The notes beneath the pieces are model-generated. The model did not search any database. It was not told where the DNA came from and saw only the letters and a program-made list of their open reading frames with translations. From Candidatus Hodarchaeota archaeon (GTDB lineage: Archaea > Asgardarchaeota > Heimdallarchaeia > Hodarchaeales > Hodarchaeaceae), in NCBI GenBank assembly GCA_016840035.1, contig JAEOTC010000224.1, forward strand, positions 1-13,095: a DNA stretch of 13,095 bases, written 5' to 3'. Made by a program: the position numbers and the translations under genes. Positions 1 through 7,902 of the stretch are shown piece by piece. Every line of letters begins with the position of its first letter. The stretch's first letter is position 1.

Positions 1-99
1 TAAAATATCTTTTTTGCTTAGTTTTTTCTTAGTATCAAGGTAAATTCTTGCTTGTAATTCCTCTAAATCTTCCTGTAGATCAAATTTCACTGTCGACAC
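1..99 (-). CDS. Partial CDS (N-terminus, runs off the window edge); putative VapB/RHH-like antitoxin or small DNA-binding protein
   Basis: Not in the ORF track. Manual translation from GTG at 99 gives (M)STVKFDLQEDLEELQARIYLDTKKKLSKKDIL with no stop. GGTG SD-like motif at 106-109 and TATA-like TTTATATAAAA at 128-138 on the minus strand. Beta-strand then helix pattern resembles archaeal antitoxins (pattern recognition only). Confidence 0.5.
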   Translation of the reverse strand, partial: MSTVKFDLQEDLEELQARIYLDTKKKLSKKDIL

Positions 100-180
100 T
101 GAGAACACCAAGTAACCCAGAACACTGTTTTATATAAATGTTCTTATGATCCCACAGCGTTTGAAAAAACACTAGGAGAT

Positions 181-477
181 GTGGTAATTATTGCCACCAT
201 TGTGATTATTATAGTTTTTCATGAATTATTGCTACAAAAGGTCTTAGAAAGTGAGAAAACTGGAAAAGGAAAAAGGATTATAGGTATGGTAATTATTACT
301 TCAATTTTCTGGATTATTGCTTTTATTCCGTTGATGATGGGTTATTTCTATATGTTAAACTACGGTTTTGCAATATCTTCTCCGATGTTTTTTTTTCCAA
401 CTGTGCTTTTTCTCTTCAGAACATTTCTTGTTTGTCTTGGGGCAGGTATTGGCTATTCTTTTACCTTTGGCAGGTAA
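181..477 (+). CDS. Small hypothetical membrane protein (about 3 TM helices)
   Basis: 98-aa ORF with GTG start and AGGAG just upstream; three hydrophobic segments. Its 3' end is duplicated at 1459-1539. Confidence 0.65.
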   Translation: MVIIATIVIIIVFHELLLQKVLESEKTGKGKRIIGMVIITSIFWIIAFIPLMMGYFYMLNYGFAISSPMFFFPTVLFLFRTFLVCLGAGIGYSFTFGR

Positions 478-487
478 ATTAACGATT
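407..487 (+). repeat. 81-bp direct repeat, copy 1 (3' end of ORF 181-477)
   Basis: 75/81 identical to 1459-1539 by manual alignment, ungapped. Confidence 0.95.
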
Positions 488-583
488 CTCGATATCATAT
501 AATACAAAGCCAAGATTGTCTTACTATTAAAAAAGTGAATCTTACCAATAGCTTTTTACAATTGAATTTTTTAGGACTAGCCT

Positions 584-1426
584 ATGAAAAAGATTAACTC
601 ACATATCATGTATGGTACTGCTTGGAAAGAAGATAAAACAGAACGATTAACCTTAAATGCACTCATGGCAGGATTTAACTCTATCGATACTGCTAATCAA
701 CGTAAACACTATAATGAAGAAGGGGTGGGAAAGGCCCTACATGCATTTATCAAATCAACAGGAGCAGACCGAGAGGAATTCTTTATTCAAACGAAATTTA
801 CTTACAAAGAAGGTCAAGATCACCGTTTGCCTTTTGATCCTCAAGCAGAACCAGCGACCCAAGTAAAACAGTCCTTTTCCAGTTCATTAGGCCATCTACA
901 AATCGATTATATCGACTCATACGTGTTACATGGGCCCTCCACACGTTTTGGACTATCTGAACGTGATTACCAGGTTTGGACAACGATGGAAGAATTACTC
1001 TCGGAAGGAAAGGTTAACTATTTGGGTATTAGTAATGTTAATGCTGAACAGCTGAATTTTTTGTTTGAAAAGGTAGAGATTAAACCGTCTTTTGTCCAAA
1101 ATCGTTGTTTTGCGAGATTTGGATGGGATAAGGAAATTCGTGAGATATGCAAAAACAATAATATCATTTATCAAGGATTCTCATTACTAACCGCCAATAG
1201 AGAGGTATTAACCCATCCTAGAGTGATACAAATGAGTAAAACAATGAATAAAACAATCCCACAAATAATTTTTAGTTTTGCTAGACAAATTGGTATTTTA
1301 CCGTTAACAGGAACAACAAATCGGAAACATATGGAAGAAGACCTCGAAAGTGTCGATATTACGCTGACAAAAGAACAAGTAAACAGTCTTACGAATATTT
1401 CAACGAGAAAAAGTTCTAGTTTCTAG
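584..1426 (+). CDS. Aldo/keto reductase family oxidoreductase
   Basis: MYGTAW start, IDTANQRKHY (catalytic D and Y), IQTKF (K), YVLHGP (H), LGISNV, QNR, YQGFSLL; 280 aa fits the AKR TIM barrel. Confidence 0.93.
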   Translation: MKKINSHIMYGTAWKEDKTERLTLNALMAGFNSIDTANQRKHYNEEGVGKALHAFIKSTGADREEFFIQTKFTYKEGQDHRLPFDPQAEPATQVKQSFSSSLGHLQIDYIDSYVLHGPSTRFGLSERDYQVWTTMEELLSEGKVNYLGISNVNAEQLNFLFEKVEIKPSFVQNRCFARFGWDKEIREICKNNNIIYQGFSLLTANREVLTHPRVIQMSKTMNKTIPQIIFSFARQIGILPLTGTTNRKHMEEDLESVDITLTKEQVNSLTNISTRKSSSF

Positions 1427-1458
1427 TTTCTCTTCTAAGAATCAAGATAAAACAGAGT

Positions 1459-1539
1459 TTTTTCTCTTCGGAGCATTTCTTGTTTGTCTTGGGGTAGGTA
1501 TTGGCTATTCTTTTACATTTGGTACGTAAATTAACGATT
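1459..1539 (+). pseudogene. 81-bp direct repeat, copy 2: orphan 3' remnant of a paralog of ORF 181-477
   Basis: Encodes FLFGAFLVCLGVGIGYSFTFGT* versus FLFRTFLVCLGAGIGYSFTFGR* in copy 1. The rest of the gene is absent upstream. Confidence 0.8.
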
Positions 1540-1671
1540 TTGAGAGTTTTCCCTGTAGCGTGCAACGATTAAAAGGAAAACTCCTTACTCAATTCAGGAC
1601 TTCATTAGATCTGCATCGTCCTTAGGAGCTTCTAAAATCTTAAATACATCGGAGATTTGGGTATTTGCATT

Positions 1672-2841
1672 TTATTTTAGAGATCTCTTCTTATTATTAA
1701 TATGTAGCACTATCAGCCCTAGTGTGGGTACAACTACTACTAACTCCATACTAGATGTGTTAGTAGGTGCTGGAGTTGTATCAGGGGAAGTGGTTGGATC
1801 GTTAGATGTCGTGACAGGAGTTGTAGTCTCTACTGAATTTATAATCTCTAAGAATTTCGTCTCAAAAGCAGATCGATCTGCATCAATTGCAACCCGAGCA
1901 TTAATTGGTTCTCCTTCAATAAGCACAGTTTCACCTTCATGATTTTCTTTATCAAGGACAACTTCTAAATGAAAATCTTGGATTGTTACTACTTCAATAT
2001 TGGTGAGCGCAACTGCTGCTAGAATGTCCCAAAAATATAATCCAGGTATTAAAAACTGGTGGGTAATATCAGCTTCAGGGGTGAGTTTCACCTGTCCTAG
2101 ATTTTCTTTAAATTCTTCAGTGATAGGAACCTTATTTGTAGCATCTAAGGGAATAAGCAAGATGGGAATGTCAGAAGTGAGGATTGTATTTACTGCATGA
2201 GGGTCAATATAAAAATTCCATTCAGCCTCATAATTAGGAATATCCGATTCAATTCCCACATTACCAGGTACATTTACTGCACCACCCATAATATCTAATA
2301 ATTCAATCTTGCCAATAATTGAAGGATCAGATTGAATCGCCAACGCAACGTTAGTAAGTGGACCTAATGCAACAATCGTAATATTTTCAGGAGAGGAATT
2401 AACTATAGAAACAATTAATTCTGAAGCATTAAGGTCAGAAACTTTGTTTTCAGTATGTGGTAAGTCGAAACCATAAAAATTATAACTCCCTTGTCTCCAA
2501 GGAGTGGGAAAAGTGTGATTTGTAACTAATGGTGTTTCCTTTCCTGCCGCAACAGGGATATCTTCATACCCCAAATGACTTAGTAGTTTTACAAAATTAG
2601 TAGCTCCCTCTTCTACATAACTTACGCCACAGGAGAGAGTTAATGCACGAACAGATACTCTTGGGTGTTTAAGGAGATACAAAATTGCATAAACATCATC
2701 TGGAGCACCATCGGAATCAATAATTACCGAAATTGTTTCCAGTTCTTGAATAAAAAGTCCTGTTGATACAATAAGATTATTTAGAAGGATGCAGACAAAA
2801 ACTAATGATAAATGAAATGTTTTATTTGATTTCCTCCACAT
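1672..2841 (-). CDS. Inosine/uridine-preferring nucleoside hydrolase family protein with N-terminal signal/TM and C-terminal Thr-rich linker plus membrane anchor
   Basis: DSDGAPDD (DxDxxxDD Ca-binding motif), ALGPLTNVA, IMGGA, AEWNFYIDPHA, PLDAT, FWDILAA. Hydrophobic N-terminus; C-terminal TTTPVTTSNDPTTSPDTT linker, hydrophobic helix and KKRSLK tail. Confidence 0.92.
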   Translation of the reverse strand: MWRKSNKTFHLSLVFVCILLNNLIVSTGLFIQELETISVIIDSDGAPDDVYAILYLLKHPRVSVRALTLSCGVSYVEEGATNFVKLLSHLGYEDIPVAAGKETPLVTNHTFPTPWRQGSYNFYGFDLPHTENKVSDLNASELIVSIVNSSPENITIVALGPLTNVALAIQSDPSIIGKIELLDIMGGAVNVPGNVGIESDIPNYEAEWNFYIDPHAVNTILTSDIPILLIPLDATNKVPITEEFKENLGQVKLTPEADITHQFLIPGLYFWDILAAVALTNIEVVTIQDFHLEVVLDKENHEGETVLIEGEPINARVAIDADRSAFETKFLEIINSVETTTPVTTSNDPTTSPDTTPAPTNTSSMELVVVVPTLGLIVLHINNKKRSLK

Positions 2842-2924
2842 TGAAATAAACTCCGCATTAAGGAGATTTAAAACCTTTATTAAATTAACGTAAATTTCTA
2901 TATATATTCATATCTATGGATAAG

Positions 2925-2952
2925 CATTCGTAAATGGCTGGTTCGATACTTA
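2925..2952 (+). repeat. dif-like intergenic site (spacer GGCTGG)
   Basis: CATTCGTAAAT GGCTGG TTCGATACTTA; matches the site family at 4213, 6480, 9157 and 12352. Confidence 0.7.
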
Positions 2953-3187
2953 GATGTGGAATAACCTTCTCAATTGCAAAAATCTGTATAACTCCGGTAA
3001 TTAGACCAAAATAATAATTTAGATTATTTGGATAATTTTTCTATGTCTTTAAAACCCCCGTAAAAAATATGACTATAGTCAGGGTATTCCTCATATCATT
3101 CTGATATGTCATTTAATAAGCTTCATTTAAACAAAAAATTCGTTTAAATCTAATTTGATCTCTAATCCAAATTCCTTAAAATTAATT

Positions 3188-3215
3188 ATGTCATCAAACC
3201 AGCCTTAATAGAAAA
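3188..3215. repeat. dif-like intergenic site with inverted spacer (CCAGCC)
   Basis: ATGTCATCAAA CCAGCC TTAATAGAAAA; first 21 nt are 19/21 identical to 12954-12974; spacer is the reverse complement of GGCTGG. Confidence 0.75.
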
Positions 3216-3319
3216 CCATTAATGAACTTCCAGAAAATTACCACTTCAGTTTGCTATTCTAAAAATTAATTCATTCGGCCTAGTAGTATTGAAGAATTAT
3301 CAAAAAACTTAGATTTGTC

Positions 3320-3832
3320 TCAGATCTTCTCCAAATCTTTTATTATCCTGGAATATAATTTTATAGACATTCTGAAGTCTGTTTTAGTGGTTAAGTGGGT
3401 AAGCAGATTCTGACATTCATTCTTGGAGATCAGATCATGTTTTATACTCCTAAGTAGAATTCCTACTGTTCCAGTAATAACAAATCCCATTGCACGAGCG
3501 ATCTCTCTTGTCGCTAGATCATCAAGAATGACGATAGTGTTATCTCCCTGCAGACTTAATTCTTTAGCAAGAACTAAGACACTGGCTTCCCCTTTATGGA
3601 CGTTCAATTGCTCTAATTTGTCCATCAGTGAATTTGTTTGAGATTTTTTTGTTATTAACCAAGAGCTGAATGCTTCTTCTATTATTACTCTTTCTGGTGC
3701 GGTTTCTAATCTTAATACTTCACTCTTAACAAGATCTGTCGTATACACCTTCTTGAAAATCTTTGGAAGTAAGTCAAGCTTCCCAAGTTTTCCTAAGTAG
3801 ATCAAAGGAGAAGCACTAGTGATTCCTAGCAA
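3320..3832 (-). CDS. PIN-domain protein, DUF3368-like (putative toxin)
   Basis: SASPLIYLGKLGKLDLL, VKSEV, HKGEAS, ILDDLATREIARAMG, ITGTVGIL, FRMS are characteristic of DUF3368/COG2405-type PIN proteins; TTG start 4 nt after the partner gene's stop. Confidence 0.88.
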   Translation of the reverse strand: MLGITSASPLIYLGKLGKLDLLPKIFKKVYTTDLVKSEVLRLETAPERVIIEEAFSSWLITKKSQTNSLMDKLEQLNVHKGEASVLVLAKELSLQGDNTIVILDDLATREIARAMGFVITGTVGILLRSIKHDLISKNECQNLLTHLTTKTDFRMSIKLYSRIIKDLEKI

Positions 3833-3836
3833 GAAT

Positions 3837-4136
3837 CTACCCCAAAATAAAATTCAAATCCTCTTCATAACCTGATTCGGTATAAGTAGTAATATCTCTT
3901 TTGGATAGCTCATTTTGAAATGCTCTTAGAGAAATTTGAGCAATTTCCGCCGATTTCCAGACACTTATTCGTTTTTCTTTAACTTCTTCACAAAGAAAGG
4001 TGATTAAATCATCTTTAATTGCCTTGTCGAGAAGCTGACGAATGTAAGCAGATTTATCTTTTATCTTACGTTGTTTCATCAGATATTCAAGCTGTTTTTC
4101 TAAATCCTCGTCTAAGCGAACTGAAAGCACGCCCAT
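3837..4136 (-). CDS. UPF0175-family antitoxin with N-terminal ribbon-helix-helix
   Basis: VLSVRLDEDLEKQLE...DKSAYIRQLL (RHH) plus ISVWKSAEIAQISLRAFQNELSKRDI (UPF0175-type HTH); directly upstream of the PIN gene. Confidence 0.85.
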   Translation of the reverse strand: MGVLSVRLDEDLEKQLEYLMKQRKIKDKSAYIRQLLDKAIKDDLITFLCEEVKEKRISVWKSAEIAQISLRAFQNELSKRDITTYTESGYEEDLNFILG

Positions 4137-4212
4137 TTAAATCGAGTATACATAGTCATATCTAGTATATAAAATTAATGATGAATTTTGACCACATTGA
4201 AGAAAAAAAACA

Positions 4213-4240
4213 ACTTCGTAAAAGGCTGGTTTAGATTTCA
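4213..4240 (+). repeat. dif-like intergenic site (spacer GGCTGG)
   Basis: ACTTCGTAAAA GGCTGG TTTAGATTTCA; 4211-4249 is 35/39 identical to 9155-9193. Confidence 0.9.
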
Positions 4241-4293
4241 TAAGTATATATCGAGGTAAATACTACATTTCCAATCTAGGTTTACGAATATGG

Positions 4294-4509
4294 CTAATCA
4301 TCCTGTTCAAAGAAAAAAATTTCCTCAATTGGTGTTTTGAAAACCTTTGCTATGTTATACGCTAATTTAAGAGAGGGATTATATTTTCCTTTCTCCAAGA
4401 ATACTATAGTTTCCCTTCTCACACCTACCTTATCTGCAAGTTCCTTCTGAGTTAGGTTATACCTTGCTCTTAACTCTTTAATCCGGGTTTTCATGGATTT
4501 TCCGCTCAT
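4294..4509 (-). CDS. XRE/Cro-family helix-turn-helix transcriptional regulator
   Basis: [57 protein letters not shown] is a classic HTH_3. ATGA overlap with the upstream stop; alternative start at 4494. Confidence 0.95.
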   Translation of the reverse strand: MSGKSMKTRIKELRARYNLTQKELADKVGVRRETIVFLEKGKYNPSLKLAYNIAKVFKTPIEEIFFFEQDD

Positions 4510-4925
4510 CCTCTCTGCTCATACCAATAATACAGAAAATATTGCAAAGAAACCCCTACTGCGATAATAGGACCAGTTAAAGCAACAAAAGACATATTAT
4601 TTACGAGATTCATTGCATTTAGTACGATCAGAACCATTAGAGAGATATAAAGGAATCTAAAACTCCAATCTGTAGCCTTTAACCTATTAGTTATTGATCT
4701 CTCATCGTGACTGATGATTGAGACGTTTTCTTGTCTTCGTTTGAACTCCCTGAATGAATAGAGTAAGAGCGAAGTTCCAATGATGATAATCAATCCGTTC
4801 AATAAAATTTCAGTAGGGGTTTCACTTGTATAAACCCCTAGGCCTCCCATTAAAATTAAAACTCCACCTATTAGAATAGGAATTACTAATGGAAAAGTTT
4901 TTTGTTTGAGAACTTCCGATGCCAT
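4506..4925 (-). CDS. DUF2178-like membrane protein
   Basis: Four TM segments with a central DERS..NRLKA..WSF motif; this family commonly sits next to XRE regulators. Confidence 0.75.
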   Translation of the reverse strand: MASEVLKQKTFPLVIPILIGGVLILMGGLGVYTSETPTEILLNGLIIIIGTSLLLYSFREFKRRQENVSIISHDERSITNRLKATDWSFRFLYISLMVLIVLNAMNLVNNMSFVALTGPIIAVGVSLQYFLYYWYEQRG

Positions 4926-4937
4926 ATTCTTTAACCC

Positions 4938-5633
4938 CTAAACACTAAGTACTAACCTCTCTCTGTTAAACCATTTTTTTGATATATAATAAGCCCCACC
5001 TGTTAAGATCGTAATAATAAAGGATAACAATATCCCATGTAACATCGAACTAATGCCAAGAAATTCTTTCAGGAATATAGAAATCAAGAAAACAATAAAG
5101 AGTCCACCCATCGGCATTAAGACAGCTCCTCCATTCTCTGCAATTGCTGGGAATCTTAATGTTCCTAGAATAAAGATAAAAGTTGTGAATATCACTGAAA
5201 GTGGTCCAATTAAAAAAATTAACAGTAATATTGAAACAGCTACATCATCCACAAAAATAAGCACTATCACCGAGAGAAATGCTTCTACCAGTAATCCTAC
5301 AATGATACACGCCATGCTTTTACCAAGAAAAATCTCCCCTTCTGAGATAGGAGCTACAAGGATTGATTTAATTGTCTTCCATCTAATTTCGTTAATGAAA
5401 GTATGTATTCCGACAAGAGTCGTAATCATAACTGGAATAACTAGAAAAAACATTAAGCTTATGTATTCAGTCCTGGGTTCAGACTGATTCATAACTTCTA
5501 GTAATTGAGGAACAAATACTAGTATTGGTATTCCTATGGCAAGTAACATTGGCAGAACAACACTCTTTGACCCAAATCGTGTCCTTAACTCCTTCTTACA
5601 AATTTCTATCTCTACCTCAACCATGATTCTCAC
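4938..5633 (-). CDS. ABC-2 type transporter permease
   Basis: About 6 TM helices; EIRWKTIKSILVAPISEGEIFLGK motif; overlaps the ATPase stop. True start may be 5624. Confidence 0.88.
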   Translation of the reverse strand: MRIMVEVEIEICKKELRTRFGSKSVVLPMLLAIGIPILVFVPQLLEVMNQSEPRTEYISLMFFLVIPVMITTLVGIHTFINEIRWKTIKSILVAPISEGEIFLGKSMACIIVGLLVEAFLSVIVLIFVDDVAVSILLLIFLIGPLSVIFTTFIFILGTLRFPAIAENGGAVLMPMGGLFIVFLISIFLKEFLGISSMLHGILLSFIITILTGGAYYISKKWFNRERLVLSV

Positions 5634-6342
5634 CTATCACTGCAAAATAAACATCTTCTAGTGTCGTGGTTTTCAATTCAGACTTAATTTCAGCTATTTT
5701 TCCTACACAAAGAATTTCACCCTCACTTATGAGTGCTACAGAATCACAAACCTTTTCTGCTCTAGCTAAGAGATGTGTTGTCATTAGTATCGTTTTACCA
5801 TCTTTTTTCAGTTCAGTTATCATGTCTAAAACTTCTTTTGCTATCATAGGGTCAAGACCAGATGTAGGTTCATCTAAAAAAAGAATCTTTGGATTATGAA
5901 TCATAGCTTTTGCCAAACTGACTTTTTGTTTAGTTCCTTTGGAAAGGGTTGAAACTTGCGCATTTTTCTTTTCCCATATATCGAGAAACTCAAGCAATTC
6001 CTCAATTCTAACTTTTCTTTCATTCTTACTGATTTTATACAATCCCCCGAAAAAATTAAGGTTTTGAATAATTGTTAAACTTGGATATAGTCCGAAATCC
6101 TCTGGTAAGTAACCTATCAAACGCCTGATCTTTATTCCCTCTTTTGTGACATCATATCCAGCTACTATAGCTTTACCAGAAGTCGGTACTAACAGTGTTG
6201 ATAATATATTCACAGTAGTAGTCTTTCCAGCACCATTAGGACCAAGAAAAGCAAAAACTTCTCCTTCCTCAACTTTGAAACTGATATCATTTACTGCAGA
6301 TATGCCATTAAATTCTTTTATTAGATTTCTGACTTTGATCAT
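5617..6342 (-). CDS. ABC exporter ATP-binding protein (multidrug/ABC-2 type)
   Basis: Walker A GPNGAGKTT, signature LSKGTKQK, Walker B LFLDEPTSGLDP, H-loop TTH. Confidence 0.96.
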   Translation of the reverse strand: MIKVRNLIKEFNGISAVNDISFKVEEGEVFAFLGPNGAGKTTTVNILSTLLVPTSGKAIVAGYDVTKEGIKIRRLIGYLPEDFGLYPSLTIIQNLNFFGGLYKISKNERKVRIEELLEFLDIWEKKNAQVSTLSKGTKQKVSLAKAMIHNPKILFLDEPTSGLDPMIAKEVLDMITELKKDGKTILMTTHLLARAEKVCDSVALISEGEILCVGKIAEIKSELKTTTLEDVYFAVIGENHG

Positions 6343-6352
6343 TTCTTCTCAC

Positions 6353-6393
6353 ATGATAATTATTTCTAACATCATGTTATATATTTCTAACAT
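6353..6393 (-). promoter_or_regulatory. Two tandem 20-bp palindromic operators upstream of the ABC operon
   Basis: ATGATAATTATTTCTAACAT (6353-6372) and ATGTTATATATTTCTAACAT (6374-6393): ATGTTA-N8-TAACAT with 21-bp period, just downstream of a TATA-like TTTTAAG (about 6397-6403, minus strand). Confidence 0.7.
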
Positions 6394-6479
6394 TAACTTA
6401 AAAGAATGATGATTTCGGAAGAAATCAACACAAATTCAATTGATATTGCATAATGAAATAACGAAATAAGGGAGAGTGA

Positions 6480-6507
6480 ACATCGTAAAAGGCTGGATTA
6501 ATACCTT
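6480..6507 (+). repeat. dif-like intergenic site (spacer GGCTGG)
   Basis: ACATCGTAAAA GGCTGG ATTAATACCTT. Confidence 0.85.
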
Positions 6508-6587
6508 TAAGAATAAATCTGTTGAATAACTGACTGATTCTGATGTATCTACTTAATTTGAGTTTTTATTAAAGAATTCCCAAAATT

Positions 6588-7697
6588 CTAGTTAACTCTA
6601 TTCCTTGTTTCTCGGTACCAATAAAAGGGAAGAATTAATCCAACAACAAGAGTAACTGCAATTAAAAAAAGCTGTAGACTTATATCACGCGGAAAACCAG
6701 TATATAAGGGTTCTAAATGTTCATCAAGGATGATCAATCGCTTGTCTTGATCTGCAAGAAAAATTTTCTTATCATTCCAATAAATATCGTGCGGAGCTGC
6801 GCTACTATATTCTGAAATTTCTTTTGGGTGCGAGGGGTCTGTGATATTTAGGACATATACTCCTTTTTGTAAATCAGCAACGTAAAGATGAGTAGTGTTT
6901 CCAGTAACACCATAAGCTTCCCCTCCAAGTTTATAATATTTTCCAAGCTGAATAGGGGAATGGGGAGTGGAAACATCAAAAATATAGACTCCATGTCTAT
7001 GACATCCTAAGAAAAGCAAATCATTATGAATGTAAACATCAATCGCACCATGTGTTAATAGAGAAGTCGATACTAATTTAGGCGAAGATGGATCTGTTAC
7101 ATTAAGTACTTTAAGGCCCCTACCTGAATCTGGAAGGTAGATGAAGTTATCCTTTATCGCAACACCACGAAATACTCCTCCATCATCGTATTCTGTGACT
7201 TTAATAATATCATCAGGGGTAGAAATATCAAATATTTCCATACCTTGAGGATATTCAGTGACATACGCATAAGAACCATTAGTACATACTGAATGGGCAC
7301 TTCCGCCATCATTATATTGATCTGTGATCAAAGGATTCTCTGGATCACTTATATTAGCAATAATAAAACCATTACTATCGCTTGCAATATATACGAGGTC
7401 GTCCTTTACTGTTACACCAAACGCTCCGTCACTAGTAGCTACAATCCCGATTTTTCTAGGATTTACAGGGTTACTGATATCTAGAATCACTGTTCCGTCG
7501 TTAGTTGTAACAAAAACATGATTATCTTCAACACACACACTATACGCTACATTAGCCCCTAGACCAACTTGTGGTAAAACGATAACAACCAAAATATCCA
7601 GAAATATTAGAGTTACAAGAACCAAAAAATAAATAACTTTTAGAGTTCTATTTATTTTAGTATTAGTGAACAGTTTATTCAAATGAACCACCTTCAA
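6588..7697 (-). CDS. LVIVD-repeat (beta-propeller) membrane-anchored protein
   Basis: About seven ~41-aa repeats such as VYIASDSNGFIIANISDPENP, IYLPDSGRGLKVLNVTDPSSP and LYVADLQKGVYVLNITDPSHP; N- and C-terminal TM helices; TTG start uncertain. Confidence 0.88.
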   Translation of the reverse strand: MKVVHLNKLFTNTKINRTLKVIYFLVLVTLIFLDILVVIVLPQVGLGANVAYSVCVEDNHVFVTTNDGTVILDISNPVNPRKIGIVATSDGAFGVTVKDDLVYIASDSNGFIIANISDPENPLITDQYNDGGSAHSVCTNGSYAYVTEYPQGMEIFDISTPDDIIKVTEYDDGGVFRGVAIKDNFIYLPDSGRGLKVLNVTDPSSPKLVSTSLLTHGAIDVYIHNDLLFLGCHRHGVYIFDVSTPHSPIQLGKYYKLGGEAYGVTGNTTHLYVADLQKGVYVLNITDPSHPKEISEYSSAAPHDIYWNDKKIFLADQDKRLIILDEHLEPLYTGFPRDISLQLFLIAVTLVVGLILPFYWYRETRNRVN

Positions 7698-7902
7698 TCG
7701 GTTTGAAAGATTGATAGGTGTCTTGACTTTTGTATCAGATTTAATGTTTTAGACCCTTCCAAAAATGGAAGAATCTTAGTTCGACCAGATAATGAAAATC
7801 CACTCATAAAAAACTCTATATCATTATTTCATGAATTCAACCTGGTTAGTCACAACTAAATTAATCACATTATCCAAACAAAAAAAAAATAAACTAAATA
7901 TC

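Noticed and set aside
2849-2877. AACTCCGCATTAAGGAGATTT resembling the site's left arm
   Set aside because: CTCC is explained as the GGAG ribosome-binding site of the nucleoside hydrolase gene; the spacer matches no class.
2925-3215. Autonomous IS element
   Set aside because: No transposase ORF and no clear target-site duplication.
7801-7850. Possible degenerate sites (CACTCATAAAA; TTCAACCTGGTTAG) at the LVIVD/wHTH junction
   Set aside because: Too few matches to distinguish from AT-rich background.
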